IMG/VR virus record: IMGVR_UViG_3300020513_000022
Span: 1 to 29,012 of that record
DNA length: 29,012 bases
Source: a virus
Taxonomy: Duplodnaviria; Caudoviricetes
Reading direction: 5' to 3' (one strand)
Made by a program: the position numbers and the translations under genes. Below the pieces are notes generated by a model that was given only the letters and a program-made list of their open reading frames with translations, was not told where the DNA came from and made no database searches. This document shows positions 8,905-18,856 of this stretch, one piece after another; position 1 is the stretch's first letter, and each line of letters begins with the position of its first letter.

Positions 8905-9137
8905 ACCCAGGTTGGTGTGCCAGCGTGGTCTATGCGATCGCCAAGGACACCGGATGGAGCGAGGAATACATTCTCTGGCATCTACCACTGGCCCGCGCGC
9001 TTCAGTACTACCACTGCGCTTTGCAAGCCGCCGATCTTTGGACGCTTGAGCCGATCACCGCTGTGAAGATTGAGGAAATCATCCCCAGCTCCCTGCTCAA
9101 CTACATCGAGGGGCTGGTTGACTCATCCGCTGAATAA
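8898..9137 (+). CDS. gpT-like frameshift extension (G-T fusion about 213 aa)
   Basis: -1 frame reads VLNPGWCASVVYAIAKDTGWSEEYILWHLPL..., a gpT-like pattern. Confidence 0.7.
   Translation, partial: VLNPGWCASVVYAIAKDTGWSEEYILWHLPLARALQYYHCALQAADLWTLEPITAVKIEEIIPSSLLNYIEGLVDSSAE
9118..9123 (+). promoter_or_regulatory. TTGACT variant, 20 nt before ATG 9138
   Basis: GTTGACTC variant of the motif. Confidence 0.5.
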
Positions 9138-9803
9138 ATGGCCAAGACGACGATCGAGACCGACATTCGCGAGTTCCAAGCGATGGCCGAGAAGCTCGGA
9201 AGTTTTTCCAAGCGCGATGGTCGCACACTCATGGAAGAGCAGGCACGCGGGGTCATCAACAACCTGATGCTCATCACGCCACCGAGCAACGGCAAGACGC
9301 GTGGTGTGGCCGCCAAGAAGCGCGGCGAGGCAGCAATCGCAAGCGATGTCCGCAATGTTTTCATTGGCTCAACTCCCAAGAAAGCAGAGGTCAGCAGCAT
9401 GGCCGAAATGGCCAACATCATGCACACCAAGCGCCGTGGCGGAAACATCCGCATCAAACGGGCGGTAAAGCAAACTCGTGCGTCTCGCTCGATGATCACC
9501 AACTTCATCAAAGTAAAACAGAAAGGTGTCGGCTACCTCGCGTCCGGATGGGCCTCCGCCGCCCGCAAGCTCGGCAAGATCCGCGTCCCGAACTGGATCG
9601 GTCGGCATGATGCGCCTGGTGACACGGACTTCAAGGTAGTTACCACCTCCATCACTGCCACCATCAGCAACTTGGTTTCGTGGGGTAGCGAGGTTCACGG
9701 TATCGAGCGCCGCATGGCCTACGCTGTGAGGATGCAGACCAGCAAGATGCGCCGCCGCGTCGATCACTTCGTGCAAAAGGCCATCAAGGTGACCAATCGG
9801 TAA
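9138..9803 (+). CDS. Basic tail-completion/neck protein (HK97 gp10-like)
   Basis: 221 aa, K/R-rich, ITPP and GYLASGW motifs. Confidence 0.5.
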   Translation: MAKTTIETDIREFQAMAEKLGSFSKRDGRTLMEEQARGVINNLMLITPPSNGKTRGVAAKKRGEAAIASDVRNVFIGSTPKKAEVSSMAEMANIMHTKRRGGNIRIKRAVKQTRASRSMITNFIKVKQKGVGYLASGWASAARKLGKIRVPNWIGRHDAPGDTDFKVVTTSITATISNLVSWGSEVHGIERRMAYAVRMQTSKMRRRVDHFVQKAIKVTNR

Positions 9804-9806
9804 GAA

Positions 9807-9812
9807 TTGACA
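9807..9812 (+). promoter_or_regulatory. TTGACA motif, 23 nt before ATG 9830
   Basis: Recurrent motif. Confidence 0.6.
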
Positions 9813-9829
9813 CCCGCCCGATAGCAGCA

Positions 9830-11566
9830 ATGGCCGCGATCACCACCAAGCTGACTCTCAACACCGCAAACTTTGTTTCGGGCATTGATCGGTCGAAGAA
9901 GTCGGCGTCCTCGTTGAAGTCGACGATGTCATCGCTTGGGTCAGGCATAGGCTCCGCGTTTTCAGGAGTGGCCAAAAGTGTGGGGGCAATCGGCTTGGCG
10001 GCTACGGGCGCAGCTGCAGCCATCGGTGGCATTGCCTACAAGCTCATCAGTATGGCCGAGCAGGGCATTCAGGCGGAAAATCGCATCAAGAATGTCGTCA
10101 AGACCATGGGGCTCTTCGGCGATCAGTCCAACGAGGTGGCCGACCGACTCATCAAAGTCGCCGATGCCACAGAGCTAGCAACAGGCGTGGATGGCGACCT
10201 CATCATGGCGGCGCAGGCGAAGCTGGCCACCTTCAAGGAGCTCGCTAAAACCGCTGGCATCACCGGCGGAGCATTTGATCGTGCCACCCAGGCATCCGTC
10301 GATATGGCGGCTGTCTTTGGCGGCGATGCTTCAACGTACGCCGTGCAACTCGGCAAGGCGCTCGAGGACCCGGAGAAAGGACTGGCCGCACTCAAGCGCA
10401 CCGGCGCTTTGACCTCTTCGCAGATCAAGGAAATCTCGGCTGAGTTCGCCCAGACCGGCAACCGCGCCAGGACCTTCGACCAAGTTCTCAAGGCCATTGA
10501 AACACAGGTGAGTGGCGCAGCCTCAGCCACAGCAGGAGGCATGGATAAGATCAAAGTCTCGATTGGCCAGATGCTCGAAGAGATCGGCAAGCCGATGTCG
10601 GAGGTCTTTTCCAAATTCGCTGGCGATGTGGCAATGATGACGCCGCAGATTGTAGAGGCATTCAGCAGCGTAGCTCCGAAGATCCGCGAGGTTGGTGGCA
10701 CCATTACCGCCGCACTTGTCGAGGCGCTTCAAGGAGACACGAGTCGGCTGGTAAAGATTGGTGAGCTGGTCGCGGAAGCATTTACCCTCGGCTTTAAGAC
10801 TGCGATCACGCGCGGCTTCTTGGAGGCCACGGAGTCGGCATTTAAGCTGATTGAGGACTACAACCCAGTTCGCAAGCTCATGGAAGCCGCTGGGATTGAA
10901 AGCGGCAAAATCAGCGAGGAAGTCGGTGGTGGCAAAAGCCGCGTCACTGAAGGTCAGATCGAAGACGGCATCGCTCGCATCCAAAGCCTCTTCAAAGAAA
11001 TCTCAGTCGCTAGTACGCCGCAAAAGCAAACGAGGTCCGAATGGAATGAAAAGCGTCAGGCAATACAAAACAGAAAGACGATCCTTCCAACCCAGCCAGA
11101 CACACCGACAGGTCCATCCGCCAAGGAGCAAAAGAAGGCTGAAGATTTGAAGTTGGCGCAAGAGCAGTATCGACTCGAGGCTGAAATGGTGCGGGCAAGG
11201 ATCGCTGGCGAACAACAGCGCATCGACTCGCTCGAACGAGAGCAGGCAATCCGCGAGGAAATCACCCGACTCGAAGGTTTGGGCATGACCGGCCAAAACG
11301 CTAGGAACACCGCCGCCAAAATGGTGGACGCACGAAAGGCCGCCGATGAGGCCGAGGAAAAACGCAAGAAGCCAGCGGCGATCACTGACGGATCTATCAC
11401 CCAGCTCGGCGGCGTGGCCAAAGCGACCAATGTGATGATGGGGCGCACGGCAAATTCGGGAATCCTTGAAGAGAACCGCCGCCAAACCGCTCTGCTGCGG
11501 ACGATTGAGAAGAATACCCAAAAGACAACTGAAACACCAACAATCCCCAACTTCGTCTTCGCATGA
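9830..11566 (+). CDS. Tail tape measure protein (short, 578 aa)
   Basis: N-terminal L.LNTANF.SGI, Ala/Gly-rich helical, QLGKALEDPEKGLAALKR motif. Confidence 0.9.
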   Translation: MAAITTKLTLNTANFVSGIDRSKKSASSLKSTMSSLGSGIGSAFSGVAKSVGAIGLAATGAAAAIGGIAYKLISMAEQGIQAENRIKNVVKTMGLFGDQSNEVADRLIKVADATELATGVDGDLIMAAQAKLATFKELAKTAGITGGAFDRATQASVDMAAVFGGDASTYAVQLGKALEDPEKGLAALKRTGALTSSQIKEISAEFAQTGNRARTFDQVLKAIETQVSGAASATAGGMDKIKVSIGQMLEEIGKPMSEVFSKFAGDVAMMTPQIVEAFSSVAPKIREVGGTITAALVEALQGDTSRLVKIGELVAEAFTLGFKTAITRGFLEATESAFKLIEDYNPVRKLMEAAGIESGKISEEVGGGKSRVTEGQIEDGIARIQSLFKEISVASTPQKQTRSEWNEKRQAIQNRKTILPTQPDTPTGPSAKEQKKAEDLKLAQEQYRLEAEMVRARIAGEQQRIDSLEREQAIREEITRLEGLGMTGQNARNTAAKMVDARKAADEAEEKRKKPAAITDGSITQLGGVAKATNVMMGRTANSGILEENRRQTALLRTIEKNTQKTTETPTIPNFVFA

Positions 11567-12312
11567 GCAATACAGGCATCAAAGTAGAGGGGGCCACTGG
11601 CTCCAAGAGCAAGGAGGGCGTCATCCAGTGGGTGATTCCATACTATGTGCCGGATGTCTCGCAGGTCCAAACGGTTGGCAAGACTCCCTACGAAAACTGC
11701 ACCGAAGTTTCGAGATCATGGACCTGCAACCACGACGGATCGACGCCATCCTACATTGTGACCGTGACCTACGAGGGCGGAAGCAGCGAGTCGGACAATT
11801 CGGCAACCTACGGCGATACTGACAGCCAAGTTTGGAGTCTTGATTTTGAATTGGCTGAAGAGCCGATCGAGGCACATTGGAATTTTGACGAGATCAAAAA
11901 ACAATACGGCGGCAAATGGGAGGACCACGAAAACCAACAAGGCTGGGTGTTTCCCAAAGAGCTCCCCGAAGGCTCCAGCGCCAAATCGGGCCTGAGTAGC
12001 TCCAAAAATGGAGGCAAACCACAAAGCCCGATGTTTGGAGTGAAAACTTACATTGTGATGAATTGCACCGCATCCGTCAGCTACACCAAAAAAACGCTAC
12101 CGGCAGCAGTGATTGGAGCGATTGGCTACTCGTACCAAAAGATCCCAGGCGCACCGCAACAGTTCAATGATTTGGATACCGCAGATCGGAACTGGATGAA
12201 GATGCCACCGCAAATCTCAAAGCGTGGCTCTGTCTGGCAGATTAGCGAATCATGGAGGCTCTCGGAATACTACAAATGGCCAAAGGAGGTTTATCCCAAT
12301 GGAATAAAATGA
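11563..12312 (+). CDS. Tail tip protein (putative distal tail/hub)
   Basis: ATGA-coupled to tape measure; EEPIEAH motif; positional. Confidence 0.55.
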   Translation: MSNTGIKVEGATGSKSKEGVIQWVIPYYVPDVSQVQTVGKTPYENCTEVSRSWTCNHDGSTPSYIVTVTYEGGSSESDNSATYGDTDSQVWSLDFELAEEPIEAHWNFDEIKKQYGGKWEDHENQQGWVFPKELPEGSSAKSGLSSSKNGGKPQSPMFGVKTYIVMNCTASVSYTKKTLPAAVIGAIGYSYQKIPGAPQQFNDLDTADRNWMKMPPQISKRGSVWQISESWRLSEYYKWPKEVYPNGIK

Positions 12313-12316
12313 ACCA

Positions 12317-12958
12317 ATGGACATCAAAGAAATCAGAGTTCAGAAGGGCGAAAAGATCCAGACCGCGTGGGCACGCCTAGTGAGGTGGGCAGACACACTC
12401 AAGGTCACACAAGGCGAGGGCATCAAGGTGCGCGAAACGCCGAAGGGCACGATTGTTTCGTTCATCCAAAACCGCGAGCCGTACAACCATCCGTTCAAGG
12501 TCGGTGCGAGCGAAGAGGTCGCCTCGGTCAGAGCTGGCACGGTCAACGGCCAGACGCCCTACATCCTCGATATCGACAGCAAAGATTGGCGGCGCATCGA
12601 CAACCGCGACGACGAGGGCAACAAGTTCAAGGATGAGAAACCGACGCCCAGCATGAAGCTGGATCTCAAAAAGCACGAAGGTGGCAAGTTCTACCTCTCG
12701 CTGCGCGTGAAGCCCAATGATGCCGGAACAATCAAAAAGCCGAAGGATGATTTGAGGATCGTTCAAACCAAGACGGCCGACGGCGACAAGGACGGTGCTG
12801 GTTATTACCCGCTCGCGCTTTTTTACCTCAACGCCGCTGCCACTGCCGTCGAGGAGTCATTCCAGATCGTCCATCACAACATGCGCTACTTGTACCAGGC
12901 GCGCAAATCGACCGAAGGCGAGACCACTGGCAACCGTCACCTCTTCTTTCCGGTGTGA
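12317..12958 (+). CDS. Hypothetical tail-tip protein
   Basis: 213 aa; HPFKV...V.AG.VNG motif. Confidence 0.55.
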   Translation: MDIKEIRVQKGEKIQTAWARLVRWADTLKVTQGEGIKVRETPKGTIVSFIQNREPYNHPFKVGASEEVASVRAGTVNGQTPYILDIDSKDWRRIDNRDDEGNKFKDEKPTPSMKLDLKKHEGGKFYLSLRVKPNDAGTIKKPKDDLRIVQTKTADGDKDGAGYYPLALFYLNAAATAVEESFQIVHHNMRYLYQARKSTEGETTGNRHLFFPV

Positions 12959-14034
12959 AAGCAAACATCCCACTCATCCGTCATGAAACATGGAACACGC
13001 TGGTGCGCGACATCAGCCGGAGGAGACCGCTGCGCTTTGACCCCGTGCCAAAGCCAAGGAGGTTCAGCCATCCGTGGAAGATTTCCGCCTTCTGGCAAGC
13101 AGACGACGGTGAGGATCAAGGAAAGGGTCAATGGCTCTTCAAGATTAAGCCGGGCTTCGTCAATGGCGTGGAGGTGACGGTGCCCACTCACGTGAAGCAT
13201 GCGGGCGAGAGAACAACCAAGCGGCTGGAGGATGCCAATGAGGACATCGCCAACAAGGAGCAGACCGTGGATGCCTTCCTCACCGAATGGCCAAGCGTGG
13301 AGGTTGGATCAACGCGGGCGATCGGAACGGGGGCGCCACCCACTGGTTTTGCTGGCAGCGCACTGACCAAGATCAAACTGGTCTACGAGCCGGTGCCGAA
13401 GTTCTTCTTAAACCTTGGTGTGACGGAGGCTCACATCGAGTTTGAAGGCAACATCTCCAGTGGTGCTACCTTCAAGGATGGGATTGAGGACACCAAGACC
13501 GCTCGACGGCTGCGGGCCTGCGATGTGTCACTTTGGAAGGACCGACCATCGGCCAAATTCGAGGTCTACGAAGGCAGCATTTTGGACGGCACCGTCGGTT
13601 CGATCTACATCACTTACAATCACTCGGGCGGCATGAAGAAGAACCCCTACCTGCGGGTCAGCGAAAAGTTTGTGCCCCCGATTCAACCAGAATCCGAGAT
13701 GGCCCTGCTCGAAGGCATCACCGACCCAGAGTTCGATGTGCTCAAGCTGGCGACCATCTATTTTGTGAGCCCGGAGGGAGTCGATCCAGCCGCACCGCTC
13801 GACGGCACATGGACGCCGTATGTTGAGTACAGTCACTTTTGGAACCTCGCGCATTCACCACAGAGCATCCCCGACTCCACACCGATCGACCCAATCCGCC
13901 TCATCACGCCACTGCTAGGAGGAATTGCCAACTTCACCATCGCCACATTGCTGGCACCACTCAACAGCCAGTTGAACCAAGCGATTCAAACCCTCAAAAG
14001 CCGCAACCTGAGAGGAGCCTTCTGGTCGCTATGA
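12955..14034 (+). CDS. Hypothetical tail-tip protein
   Basis: 359 aa, GTGA-coupled; HPWKI...IKPGFVNG motif. Confidence 0.55.
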   Translation: MKANIPLIRHETWNTLVRDISRRRPLRFDPVPKPRRFSHPWKISAFWQADDGEDQGKGQWLFKIKPGFVNGVEVTVPTHVKHAGERTTKRLEDANEDIANKEQTVDAFLTEWPSVEVGSTRAIGTGAPPTGFAGSALTKIKLVYEPVPKFFLNLGVTEAHIEFEGNISSGATFKDGIEDTKTARRLRACDVSLWKDRPSAKFEVYEGSILDGTVGSIYITYNHSGGMKKNPYLRVSEKFVPPIQPESEMALLEGITDPEFDVLKLATIYFVSPEGVDPAAPLDGTWTPYVEYSHFWNLAHSPQSIPDSTPIDPIRLITPLLGGIANFTIATLLAPLNSQLNQAIQTLKSRNLRGAFWSL

Positions 14035-14207
14035 GCTTAAACAAACAGGAGCGCCTTGCCAAAAAACGCAACGACGAGGAGGAAGCGAAGGCGGTAGAGC
14101 GGGAAAAGATCAATCCATCGTTCCCCTACAAGATGGCAATCTTCCCCTACGACTTCTTTGGGGTGGAGAGTTTGACCGCCACGGAGGAAAGCAAGCCGAC
14201 AAGTTGA
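14031..14207 (+). CDS. Small hypothetical protein (58 aa)
   Basis: ATG overlaps the upstream stop (ATGA) and fills the gap to the next gene. Confidence 0.55.
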   Translation: MSLNKQERLAKKRNDEEEAKAVEREKINPSFPYKMAIFPYDFFGVESLTATEESKPTS

Positions 14208-14209
14208 CG
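14204..14209 (+). promoter_or_regulatory. TTGACG variant, 23 nt before ATG 14227
   Basis: GTTGACGC variant; includes the upstream TGA stop. Confidence 0.5.
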
Positions 14210-14226
14210 CGAGCGCGGGTGAAAAG

Positions 14227-16587
14227 ATGCAAGTCCTCGCCTTCGTCGATCTCACCAACCGCAGACTCAACAGCACCGCCGGTGGCAGCACGCTGACCCT
14301 GCCGGAATTGGTGCAGGGCGATGAAATCCGCCTCGGCCTGCGCTTTACCGAGCAGATCGAAGGCACGACCACCGAGGTGCAGCGCACCCTGCATTCGCTA
14401 CGCGCCAGCATTGGCCTGGTCGATGCGAGGCCGAGCGGCGGGACTTTCCAGATGTCAGTCAATGGCACCACCGCAGGATCGCCACTGCCCTTCGATGCAA
14501 CCGCCGCCCAAGTCCAAACCGCTCTGGATGCCGCCTACACCTCAGCCGTCACCGTCACCGCCAAAGATGGATCTTGGTTGGTGGATGTCGCCAACGCGAC
14601 GGAAGCCGACTTGCCCATCACCGGCACCTCGGTGAACCTTGAGCCAAGCTGCCATGTGCGGGTGCGTTCCTACCTAGTAGGCAACAAGAAGCGTCACGAG
14701 ATCCGCCTGATCCGTTCACCATTCGCCGCGACCTCGACCTTTGCCAGCATCCTGCCGGCCCAACCTGAGGTTATTCGGGTTCAGGAGGGCGGCAACGACA
14801 ACACGACGACATGGGACGAGATCCAAGCCCTGAAAGTTAATCCGTATTTCCGAGGCACCTATCAAATTCGCCGTGGCTACAAACGCTCGGGTGAGCTTTC
14901 AATCGAAGATGGCTCGGAGGAAATCCAAGAGGCGCTAGCAAATCTGGCCGATGAGGAAGGCACCTTTACGGTCACCAACCCCGCCAACAACACGGCACAC
15001 ATCACCTTCGGAGGTTCGATGGGCGGTCTGCCACAGGAACTCTTGGAGGTGGAGGTGTTTTCCGCGCCGCCCGGCGACCCGACCTTTGTCTTGAACCTCA
15101 ATACCGCCGAGTTGGCCGATGCGCTGCGTGCCACCGACACCATCACCACGGCGGTGCTTGAGGTGGAGATGACCATCGAGGACGAGAACGATCCCGACAC
15201 CCTCTACACCATCACGCCAATTCGCGTGCCGGTTCGCATCATCCGCGAACTCAACTGGGAGGGCTTAGAGACCGCCGCCAACATCGACTGGCTTCGCCCA
15301 CCGCATGGCCGCACCTATGTCCCCTTCACCGAGGATCAAATCATCACCGGCAGCCAACATTATGTGACGCCGATCGGCGACGGCACCAGCATGGAGTACA
15401 CGCTCGCTCACAACCTCGGTACTCGCGACCTCCATGTGACCGTGCGAAAAAATGGAGATGACCTCGCCATCATTGAGCCGTCATCGGTCACGCTCAACAG
15501 CGAGGATGACCTGACAATCACTTTTCCAAGCGCCCCGACCGCAAATGCCTATGTGGTCACCATCACCACCGCTGGGCCTATCTCAGCGTTCCAAACGCAC
15601 AGTCACACCATTGAGCAGATCAACGGCCTCCAACTCATCCTCGACGACCTCGGCAGCCGCGTCGAAACACTGGAAACTTTTATCCCAATCTCGGGCATAT
15701 CGAAGCAGACGACCAGCAACGCAACGGTGGCCTCATGGGAGCTGCCAAAAATCTTTGAGGTGTTTCCAACCCGTGTGGCAGTGGACGCGGAGGATGTGGT
15801 TTCGATCGAATTGGACAAGCTGCCGAGGAACGGAGGCCTGCTACCTGCCAAATACCTCAACGGTTCACCGACTGTGGCGAACACGATCCCCACGGCCCCG
15901 AGCCAAAGCACGGTCTACCATTACACCGACACCACCAAAGGCTTGGCCATTCCAGGCTACCTAGGGCGGAAAGGGAAAACCATCGCAGCCCCCGCATTCT
16001 ACGCATGGGACGGCCGAGGGTTTTACCAGGTGGAAAAGATCGTCGACTCGGAAACGGTCTACTACCCGATGGATTTCAGCCGTGAACTCTTCCGCATCCA
16101 TGTGAACGAGAAGCAGCTCCGCTTCGGGAAAACGTTCTCACTGGACTTTTCGTTCGTCGCCGCCGTCTTCAACTCCAACACCTCAGTGCATTGGGGCGTG
16201 ATCATTGACATTGGAATTCCACAGGGATCGCCGACGACACCCAGCAACATCTCCACGGTCAACTTTCTGCCGCCGTCGTTGGATCACTCGTTCATGCTCA
16301 CCAGCGTGCCATCAGCTCACTCGTTTGGCCTGCGCGTCACAAGCAAGCTCGAAAACCTGCTGCCGGTCTACAGGGTCGACCGCGTGCTTTATGGCGCGAT
16401 TGAGGCGAGCGACACCGCACTGACCACGGCCAACTTCATCGTGCGCGGGCGCTTGGCAAGGTTCGACACCGACGACAACTCGTCCGACCCCAGGGGGCTC
16501 GTCGCATTCAACGGCATGGACGCAACTCTCGGCGACGAGGCTGGTGGCGCATCAGGAGACAACACATTCGGAACAGCAAAAATCTAA
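14227..16587 (+). CDS. Large tail fibre/baseplate structural protein
   Basis: 786 aa, Thr-rich; two internal GT(F/Y)Q...Q.AL repeats; HNLGT.D..V.V motif seen in phage tail proteins. Confidence 0.65.
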   Translation: MQVLAFVDLTNRRLNSTAGGSTLTLPELVQGDEIRLGLRFTEQIEGTTTEVQRTLHSLRASIGLVDARPSGGTFQMSVNGTTAGSPLPFDATAAQVQTALDAAYTSAVTVTAKDGSWLVDVANATEADLPITGTSVNLEPSCHVRVRSYLVGNKKRHEIRLIRSPFAATSTFASILPAQPEVIRVQEGGNDNTTTWDEIQALKVNPYFRGTYQIRRGYKRSGELSIEDGSEEIQEALANLADEEGTFTVTNPANNTAHITFGGSMGGLPQELLEVEVFSAPPGDPTFVLNLNTAELADALRATDTITTAVLEVEMTIEDENDPDTLYTITPIRVPVRIIRELNWEGLETAANIDWLRPPHGRTYVPFTEDQIITGSQHYVTPIGDGTSMEYTLAHNLGTRDLHVTVRKNGDDLAIIEPSSVTLNSEDDLTITFPSAPTANAYVVTITTAGPISAFQTHSHTIEQINGLQLILDDLGSRVETLETFIPISGISKQTTSNATVASWELPKIFEVFPTRVAVDAEDVVSIELDKLPRNGGLLPAKYLNGSPTVANTIPTAPSQSTVYHYTDTTKGLAIPGYLGRKGKTIAAPAFYAWDGRGFYQVEKIVDSETVYYPMDFSRELFRIHVNEKQLRFGKTFSLDFSFVAAVFNSNTSVHWGVIIDIGIPQGSPTTPSNISTVNFLPPSLDHSFMLTSVPSAHSFGLRVTSKLENLLPVYRVDRVLYGAIEASDTALTTANFIVRGRLARFDTDDNSSDPRGLVAFNGMDATLGDEAGGASGDNTFGTAKI

Positions 16588-16593
16588 ACCATC

Positions 16594-17382
16594 ATGCCAG
16601 CACCAGTCATCAACAAGACCCAGAGCAGCCTCACCCTCGGACTGAATCAACCATTCAGTTTTCAATTTGTGGCGAGCAATTCTCCAACTGGCTGGGCAAT
16701 CGGTACCAATGAGGTCGTCCCGCCAGGATTCGTTTTCAATCCCACTAGCGGAGTCCTTACCGGATCAGGTCAAACGCCAGGCATCTGGCTGCTGACACTC
16801 ACTGCAACCAACGCCTCGGGCACGAGCACACCGGAAGTCTTTACCATCGGCGTGTTTGAAACTGCCCATGATCGAGTGTTCAAACAAATGAACATTCAAA
16901 CCTCGACATGGACAGTGACTCTTCCTGATCCGGCAGCCGCAAGGACCGTCGTCACCGGCAGTGTTCTCCCAGCTCTCGAAGCGGCAACAGGACAAGCCCG
17001 GTACGGCGATGATGTCCTTTTCAAAATCCAACTGCTTTCGGGCACGGCGGTGGCTGCATTGCCATTGAAGAGTGCGAGATTTTCGATGCGCGGGCTAGAT
17101 ACCGAACCACCGTTCTTCACCACCGGCGAAACTGCTTTTCGTCGCACCATGGCCATCGAGTCCGGCCTCTTTGTGACCAACTACTGGCTCTACGTCTCAT
17201 TGGAAGATCCGGCGCTGAGCAATTTCCTCTCAGAAAACGAATATGACGCCACCACCGAGGCGAATGTGATTTGCGAGGTTGAAATGGTCTTTGAACGACC
17301 AAGTACGGCAACAGGACCAGTGCTTCAAAAAATCACCACCGTTCCATTTCTCATGCGCATCCGGCGCGACACCGTAAGATAA
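16594..17382 (+). CDS. Putative Ig-domain (He_PIG-like) virion protein
   Basis: PPGFVFNPTSGVLTG...G...LTLTATNASG. Confidence 0.7.
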   Translation: MPAPVINKTQSSLTLGLNQPFSFQFVASNSPTGWAIGTNEVVPPGFVFNPTSGVLTGSGQTPGIWLLTLTATNASGTSTPEVFTIGVFETAHDRVFKQMNIQTSTWTVTLPDPAAARTVVTGSVLPALEAATGQARYGDDVLFKIQLLSGTAVAALPLKSARFSMRGLDTEPPFFTTGETAFRRTMAIESGLFVTNYWLYVSLEDPALSNFLSENEYDATTEANVICEVEMVFERPSTATGPVLQKITTVPFLMRIRRDTVR

Positions 17383-17383
17383 A

Positions 17384-18856
17384 ATGCCTGCCCCCATCAT
17401 CAGCCCCAATCAAAAGGTCTATGGCGTTGCTGGCACCTCGCTGTCTCAAACCGCGCAGGTGACAGGCGGACCAGTAACCTGGAGCGCATCCGGTCTGCCT
17501 GCCGGAATAAGCATCGCCCCCAGCACCGGGGTGATTTCAGGGACTCCGCTTGCCGCCACCAACAACCTGCAAGCCACGCTCACCGCCACCAAAGCGGACG
17601 GCACCGATTCGGAGATCATTTTGTTCCTCATCGAGTGGCCCAATCCGGTCAGCGTAGTTCGCTTGCGAAAGGACCAATTTTCAACAAGCACCCCTTACAA
17701 TGATGTGACCCTGTCGGGCGGCTACCATCGTTACGCAAGATGGAGAAAGACCGGGCGCATCCCGGCGGGCCTTAATTGGGAAGGAACGAGTCAGGGGCTG
17801 AGGTTCTGGGGCACACCAAGTGAGGCGGGTACCTTCATTGCGGATTTCGATGGGCCGTACCCACCAAATTTCACCAGCCCGCATACGATTGGCGGCTCTA
17901 ACGGAGATCCCCGTGACTGCTCCAACAGCTACCCGATCGCCGTCGGTGTGGTGGGCTCAACCGAGGTTCAAAGGTTCCAGATTGAATTTATTGTCACGGA
18001 GCTGAGTTCGCCCAACGTCACCATCGACGGGGTGCAATTCTTTGGGTTCAGAACCTACGGTGAGGCATTCAGCGCGGTCCTACGCGGCAAGTTGGCAAGA
18101 CGTGGCGGATGGGGAAGCAGCAAACGTTGCATTGGCATTCGCCCGCCCACCAAAGCCATCACCTCATCGGCGGACGCCCACGATTTGACCTTGCCCGCAG
18201 ATGGAAGCCACATCGTATGGCACTATGATTCTCCCCTCAACGCACTGGATGCCCAGGGAGCTACCGCCTACCCGCTCAAAAACAATCAGCTTACGGAGAG
18301 TGACATCGTAGGAGCCGATTGGCAGGTCACCGATGCAAACCTACTTTATCCAAGAGAAGCGATCCTAGATACCGTCTCAGCTCAAAGGCAGTACGTGGTG
18401 CCGGAAACATCCAGCCAGTACGCCACTTTTAACGGCACTGCCATCGACGGCAAAAAATGGAAAACCATCGTCAATGCCGACATCCCATTGTCGACGAACG
18501 GGAGGTTCTTCGGTGAGTTCATCCTAGAGGATGATTTCAAAGGCGAACTTGAGGTGATGTTCTGGACATCGTCCGAGGGCAAGTTCTCCACGGTTCCGCT
18601 GGCCCTGTTCGGACTGAAAATGTTTTTCGGAATCATGGAACAAGGGTTCGCGAATTATAGAGCCGCGAGCGCATTAACTCCCCCACCCTATGATTTGTCC
18701 TTTTCCAGGGAATCGATGGGAGGGGGTGTTCTGAAAACCACCCTGAGCAACATTGAAGGAAGGTACGGGGTGTACAACCTCCTGTGCAGATCCTTGCCAG
18801 AAGGAAGCAATTCGATGGCGCATCTAACGATTTTCGCAAAGAGCCCCGAATCATGA
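17384..18856 (+). CDS. Putative Ig-domain (He_PIG-like) virion/receptor-binding protein
   Basis: WSASGLPAGISIAPSTGVISGTP plus a second degenerate repeat (GRIPAGL...WGTPSEAGTF). Confidence 0.7.
   Translation: MPAPIISPNQKVYGVAGTSLSQTAQVTGGPVTWSASGLPAGISIAPSTGVISGTPLAATNNLQATLTATKADGTDSEIILFLIEWPNPVSVVRLRKDQFSTSTPYNDVTLSGGYHRYARWRKTGRIPAGLNWEGTSQGLRFWGTPSEAGTFIADFDGPYPPNFTSPHTIGGSNGDPRDCSNSYPIAVGVVGSTEVQRFQIEFIVTELSSPNVTIDGVQFFGFRTYGEAFSAVLRGKLARRGGWGSSKRCIGIRPPTKAITSSADAHDLTLPADGSHIVWHYDSPLNALDAQGATAYPLKNNQLTESDIVGADWQVTDANLLYPREAILDTVSAQRQYVVPETSSQYATFNGTAIDGKKWKTIVNADIPLSTNGRFFGEFILEDDFKGELEVMFWTSSEGKFSTVPLALFGLKMFFGIMEQGFANYRAASALTPPPYDLSFSRESMGGGVLKTTLSNIEGRYGVYNLLCRSLPEGSNSMAHLTIFAKSPES

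Noticed and set aside
13839-14030. Upstream extension of the 13839-14207 ORF (likewise starts 7309, 18784, 21358, 26976)
   Set aside because: Stop-start overlaps or better start contexts point to 14031, 7330, 18853, 21382 and 26949
16205-16210. TTGACA inside the 786-aa gene
   Set aside because: No start codon 19-23 nt downstream; counted as the background exception
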